Part shown: piece by piece, positions 59,265 to 62,453 of the stretch
Layout: each line of letters starts with the position of its first letter
Position numbering within the stretch: position 1 is the stretch's first letter
Source of the DNA: an uncultured Rhodospirillaceae bacterium
GTDB lineage: Bacteria; Pseudomonadota; Alphaproteobacteria; UBA8366; GCA-2717185
DNA length: 62,453 nucleotides
Assembly: GCA_964474755.1 (NCBI GenBank)
Contig: CAYYUG010000013.1
Location: 1-62,453, forward strand
Direction: 5' to 3'
The notes under the pieces: model-generated
Databases searched by the model: none
Told to the model about the DNA's origin: nothing
What the model saw: only the letters and a program-made list of their open reading frames with translations
Translations under genes and position numbers: made by a program

Positions 59265-59334
59265 AACTGCTTTGAGCGTTTTAGGGCTTCAAAGTCAGTC
59301 GGTTAGGCTGACTAAAAACTTGCCATTTCCAAAT

Positions 59335-59868
59335 CTAGTTTTTCGCTTCAATGTTCTCGAAAATATTCTGGGGTGATGATGCGCCGTAGGGGTCTGTATC
59401 GCAATTGTCACTAAAGCCGGGTTCTTCGAACCACGCTTCGATCACCCCGTCATCGACGACTGCGGCGTATCGCCAGGAACGCATGCCGAACCCAAGATTA
59501 TCCTTATTTACCAGCATTCCCATCTTTCGTGTGAATTCGCCGGAGCCATCGGGGATTAATTCTACGTTTGTGACGCCCTGATCCTTTCCCCATGCATTCA
59601 TCGTGAAGGCGTCGTTCACCGATAGGCAATAGATCGCGTCGACGCTTTTTGTCCTCCTGAATTCATCGCTCAAATTTTCGAAATCTGGCAGTTGATAGGT
59701 TGAACAAGTGGGTGTGAACGCACCAGGCAAGGAAAATAGGATTGCCCGCTTTCCCTTGAAGTAGTCCGCTGTTGTTTGATCTTCCCAGCGGTACGGATTG
59801 GCCCCCTCAAGAGTTTCGTCGCGGACGCGTGTTTTGAATGTGACATCGGGAAGCGATTTTCCGATCAT
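59335..59868 (-). CDS. Peroxiredoxin, Prx5 type
   Basis: LPGAFTPTCS, SVNDAF, GMRSWRY. Confidence 0.95.
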   Translation of the reverse strand: MIGKSLPDVTFKTRVRDETLEGANPYRWEDQTTADYFKGKRAILFSLPGAFTPTCSTYQLPDFENLSDEFRRTKSVDAIYCLSVNDAFTMNAWGKDQGVTNVELIPDGSGEFTRKMGMLVNKDNLGFGMRSWRYAAVVDDGVIEAWFEEPGFSDNCDTDPYGASSPQNIFENIEAKN

Positions 59869-59947
59869 CGGGTTCTCCAGGTTTTAATGAGGTTCCGGCG
59901 CGTCAACGGGCGATGGCTAGCGCGCGCCAAAAGTAGCAACAATTTTA

Positions 59948-59972
59948 TTGCAAATGCAAATTAGTATCATAA
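59948..59972. promoter_or_regulatory. Possible Fur-type box upstream of the peroxiredoxin
   Basis: TTGCAAATGCAAATTAGTATCATAA resembles the boxes at 52681 and 53621; AT-rich context. Confidence 0.4.
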
Positions 59973-60069
59973 TAATTTATTTACAAGGCTAAGCCTTCGT
60001 TAAATTTTTTTTTAAGGGGGCTTATTTGGGATAGATCGATATCTGTCGCAATTTCACAACTAGAAGTCA

Positions 60070-60760
60070 CTTATCGGAGGAGTGGATCTCGGCTCGGAGA
60101 ACACCGTATTCACCCAAATGAAGACGGTGTTTGTGCGGCACTCCGAAGAAGTCTAAATAAGTCCATCGACCGCAACACTTACTTTGGCGGGTCGAGCCGA
60201 CCTGAAGAGGCTCGTTTTCACTATTGATATAATGAATAAGGAGCATCGACTCCTAACGACCCCATATATAACGATAAACGTTATACGGTCAGGCTATGAA
60301 GGCGATGCGCATTTCAAAAATGCCCCTAGTACCGTTATGGAATTTGGCAGCTCTGACCCAGTAATGAAATGGCAGAGAAATAATTCTATTTTATCAAAGC
60401 TCTTTTTTCAGTCCTTCGGAACAACGGCAATCCAGTTATGAAGAGATAATCGATACTGTTTCTATAGCAGCCGACAGTGATTAGCCTCTCAAAGGTCGCC
60501 GGTTGCATCACTGAGACCGACACCTGCGTCGCCTTCAAAAATAGGTTTTCCGACTGACAGAGCATTGTTTGTACAGTTTAGAGAACTGGCCAGAAATTCA
60601 GGTCGGTTCTCATTTTCTCGAACTGGTGTTCAGTTCGCAGTAAATCCGCGTCGGCAGAATATTAACCGACGAACTTTGTGCCCACCGACAAACCATTTTG
60701 CGCAAATCCATCACGAATGGTTAGGGCAGGCTGACCGCTTATATTCGCTGACATCGTTAA
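60070..60760 (+). pseudogene. Heavily decayed TauD-like relic
   Basis: One frame with stops: IGGVDL..FTQMKTVFVRHS, GDAHFKNAPS, PTDRALFVQ, QIHHEW. These are colinear with ITGVD..FNQHS, HSDLTYEKVPS, ETGRQCLFVN, YRHNW of 22396-23247. Confidence 0.35.
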
Positions 60761-60925
60761 CGAGGACTTCCCAAAAAATAATAGTCCTGTCGACTAATCT
60801 GCGCTGGGCCGTGGCAAACGTACCAAGGGACCCAAGAAAAATTTTGAGCGGTATGCAGCAACGATTGACAGGCTAACTCGCCCTTTTTACCATTTTTCGG
60901 CTGTATTTGTTTTGTGACGGGGTTG

Positions 60926-61972
60926 ATGATGGCAATACTCAGGGAGCAAGTGCGTTCGCCGCGTGCCTGGACTCGAGACAGCTTACAAGGTGCCTCTCTC
61001 TTCTATGATTTGACTGCGGAGAGTCAGTCAGAGATCGCTAGTGCGCTTAACGACATTGCGCTACGCGGCCTTCATCTGCGTACTGTCGAGCAGGAAGATT
61101 TCCGCATTCCGTCCTTTGCCCGTGACGTGTCGGCTCTGCGCGATCGGCTCGACAACGAGAACGGCTTCTTCATTTTGCGCGGCCTAGATACCGCCTTGCT
61201 CGAGGATCAGCTCAATATCGTATATTGGGGCCTCGGAAATTATCTCGGTCGGGTGATCCGTCAGGATTTGAGCGGCGCCCGGCTCGACACGGTCTCCGAC
61301 AAAGGACACGACGACAGTTCGGAACGCGCCGAAGTCGGCGGTAACATCGACCACGGTGGCTATGATCCCTACCGAGTGATCGATACCAACAAATTCTGCA
61401 CCCTGCACACGGACAATGCCTATTCTAACCCGCGGACACCGGACTATCTCGGTCTTATGTGCTTGCGCCAGGCGGCAAGGGGAGGTGAAAGTCTGTTGAT
61501 CTCCGCTTACACGGTACACAATGAAATCCTCAGAAAACATCCGGACTTTGTCGACCGGTTGTACCAGGACTTCCACTGGCACACCCCGCCACTGCAGACC
61601 TTGCCTGGCGGACCCGAAACAAAGGCGATGCCGATTTTTGAAATTAGTCATGGCGATCTAGTGATCCACTATCTCGACATGTACCTGCAGCCTGGTATGG
61701 AAATTGCCGGCACGCCGATGGTTCCCGCCGAGCTTGAGATGCAGTCCGTCATCGACTCGCTGTTACTGCGCGAAGATCTGCAGCATCGATATCTGCTACA
61801 GCCCGGAGAAATTCTCTTCAGCAACAATCGCTGGACACTGCACGGCCGCGAGGCCTTCACTGATCACAACGACCCGGACAGAACCCGGAAACTTGCCCGT
61901 CTATGGATGTGGCGCCGCCATATTGGCCCGGGTATGGATCCTGTAGCGCTAGATGCCGCGGAACTAGGGTAG
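60926..61972 (+). CDS. TauD/TfdA-family Fe(II)/2OG dioxygenase (CAS-like), paralog of 1921-2910
   Basis: LHTD, GGES..VHNE, NNRWTLHGR, RKLARLW. Confidence 0.88.
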   Translation: MMAILREQVRSPRAWTRDSLQGASLFYDLTAESQSEIASALNDIALRGLHLRTVEQEDFRIPSFARDVSALRDRLDNENGFFILRGLDTALLEDQLNIVYWGLGNYLGRVIRQDLSGARLDTVSDKGHDDSSERAEVGGNIDHGGYDPYRVIDTNKFCTLHTDNAYSNPRTPDYLGLMCLRQAARGGESLLISAYTVHNEILRKHPDFVDRLYQDFHWHTPPLQTLPGGPETKAMPIFEISHGDLVIHYLDMYLQPGMEIAGTPMVPAELEMQSVIDSLLLREDLQHRYLLQPGEILFSNNRWTLHGREAFTDHNDPDRTRKLARLWMWRRHIGPGMDPVALDAAELG

Positions 61973-62453
61973 CTCTTGTTACTAATACCATTCCATACAA
62001 GGCGCGAAGCGACGCATAAATTTTATCTCTTTAGTTTCCCAAGCACTGGTTGACTGCGCAGGAAACGGAGCCTTAAGACATTCGCGGTTAATAGTGTTTA
62101 ATCCTGAATGCCTCTAACCTATCGGCTATTTATTAAAAAAAGCGGTATTAATAAAGTCAGTACGAGCGTTGTCCGACATTGCCAAAAGCGAACGTCATGG
62201 CAAAGCGCAATTCACGACTACATCTGGAACAAAGAAAATATTCAGGGTTGGGTGCCTGCCTACAAAATTCACAAGAGAACGATGTTTCGGATGAGAGGTA
62301 AGGGTCGCTCTCAGCCTTAAAAAATAACAATAGCTCTTTGCAATGAAGCAGTTAGGTTCATGTTGCAGTCACAGAGATGGGGCAAATTTGGTCAGATCAA
62401 TTCCCTCCACCGCAGACTTGTACTCTTCTATACTCGGCGTCCTGCCAAGAATT

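Noticed and set aside
60069-60152. Hairpin AACACCGT/ACGGTGTT with GGAGA..CCGAAG, reminiscent of a glycine or SAM-I riboswitch
   Set aside because: The closing conserved elements (TCAGG; SAM core) are missing, and a pseudogene relic is an alternative explanation. An Infernal/Rfam scan would settle it.
1-62453. CRISPR array, tRNA, rRNA or prophage
   Set aside because: No periodic repeat-spacer pattern, cloverleaf, rRNA-like stretch or phage structural gene was seen by eye.

Overview
62.5 kb of bacterial chromosome. It is most likely from an Alphaproteobacterium (inferred from the RpoD, Fur, bacterioferritin and IS3 sequence types). No rRNA, tRNA or CRISPR array was recognised. The window has three parts. 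(1) 1-44.3 kb: the 5' end of a divergent RpoD-type sigma factor, then a patchwork of catabolic genes. These include two TauD-type and two PhyH Fe(II)/2OG dioxygenases, SDRs, two LLM/F420-type oxidoreductases, an OYE, a TPP enzyme, a TAXI-TRAP transporter, a CoA ligase and CoA transferase, tupA/tupB, a fused hydantoinase A+B, an amidase whose catalytic Ser is replaced by Ala, and a triple-RidA protein. It also holds a two-gene module of a predicted di-heme cytochrome b plus a polyferredoxin-fused Mo/W-bisPGD enzyme. AT-rich spacers carry decayed relics (GNAT, rmlA-rmlC, IS3). (2) 44.8-49.5 kb: a solitary SF2 helicase, selO, a 36-bp palindrome and tspO. (3) 49.6-62 kb: an iron-homeostasis locus, followed by an MFS, a peroxiredoxin and a third TauD-type gene. 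The iron locus is the best candidate for an uncharacterised system. It contains fur, bfd and a heteromeric bacterioferritin pair, interleaved with five uncharacterised genes: a long DUF2325 protein, a PadR-like protein, a small helical protein, and a paralog pair of which only one keeps a CxxC. It also has orphan split ABC ATPases and Fur-type boxes in at least four promoter regions. One Fur-boxed promoter points into a gene-free gap and is a candidate iron-repressed sRNA. All family calls come from motif recognition by eye; no database search was run.
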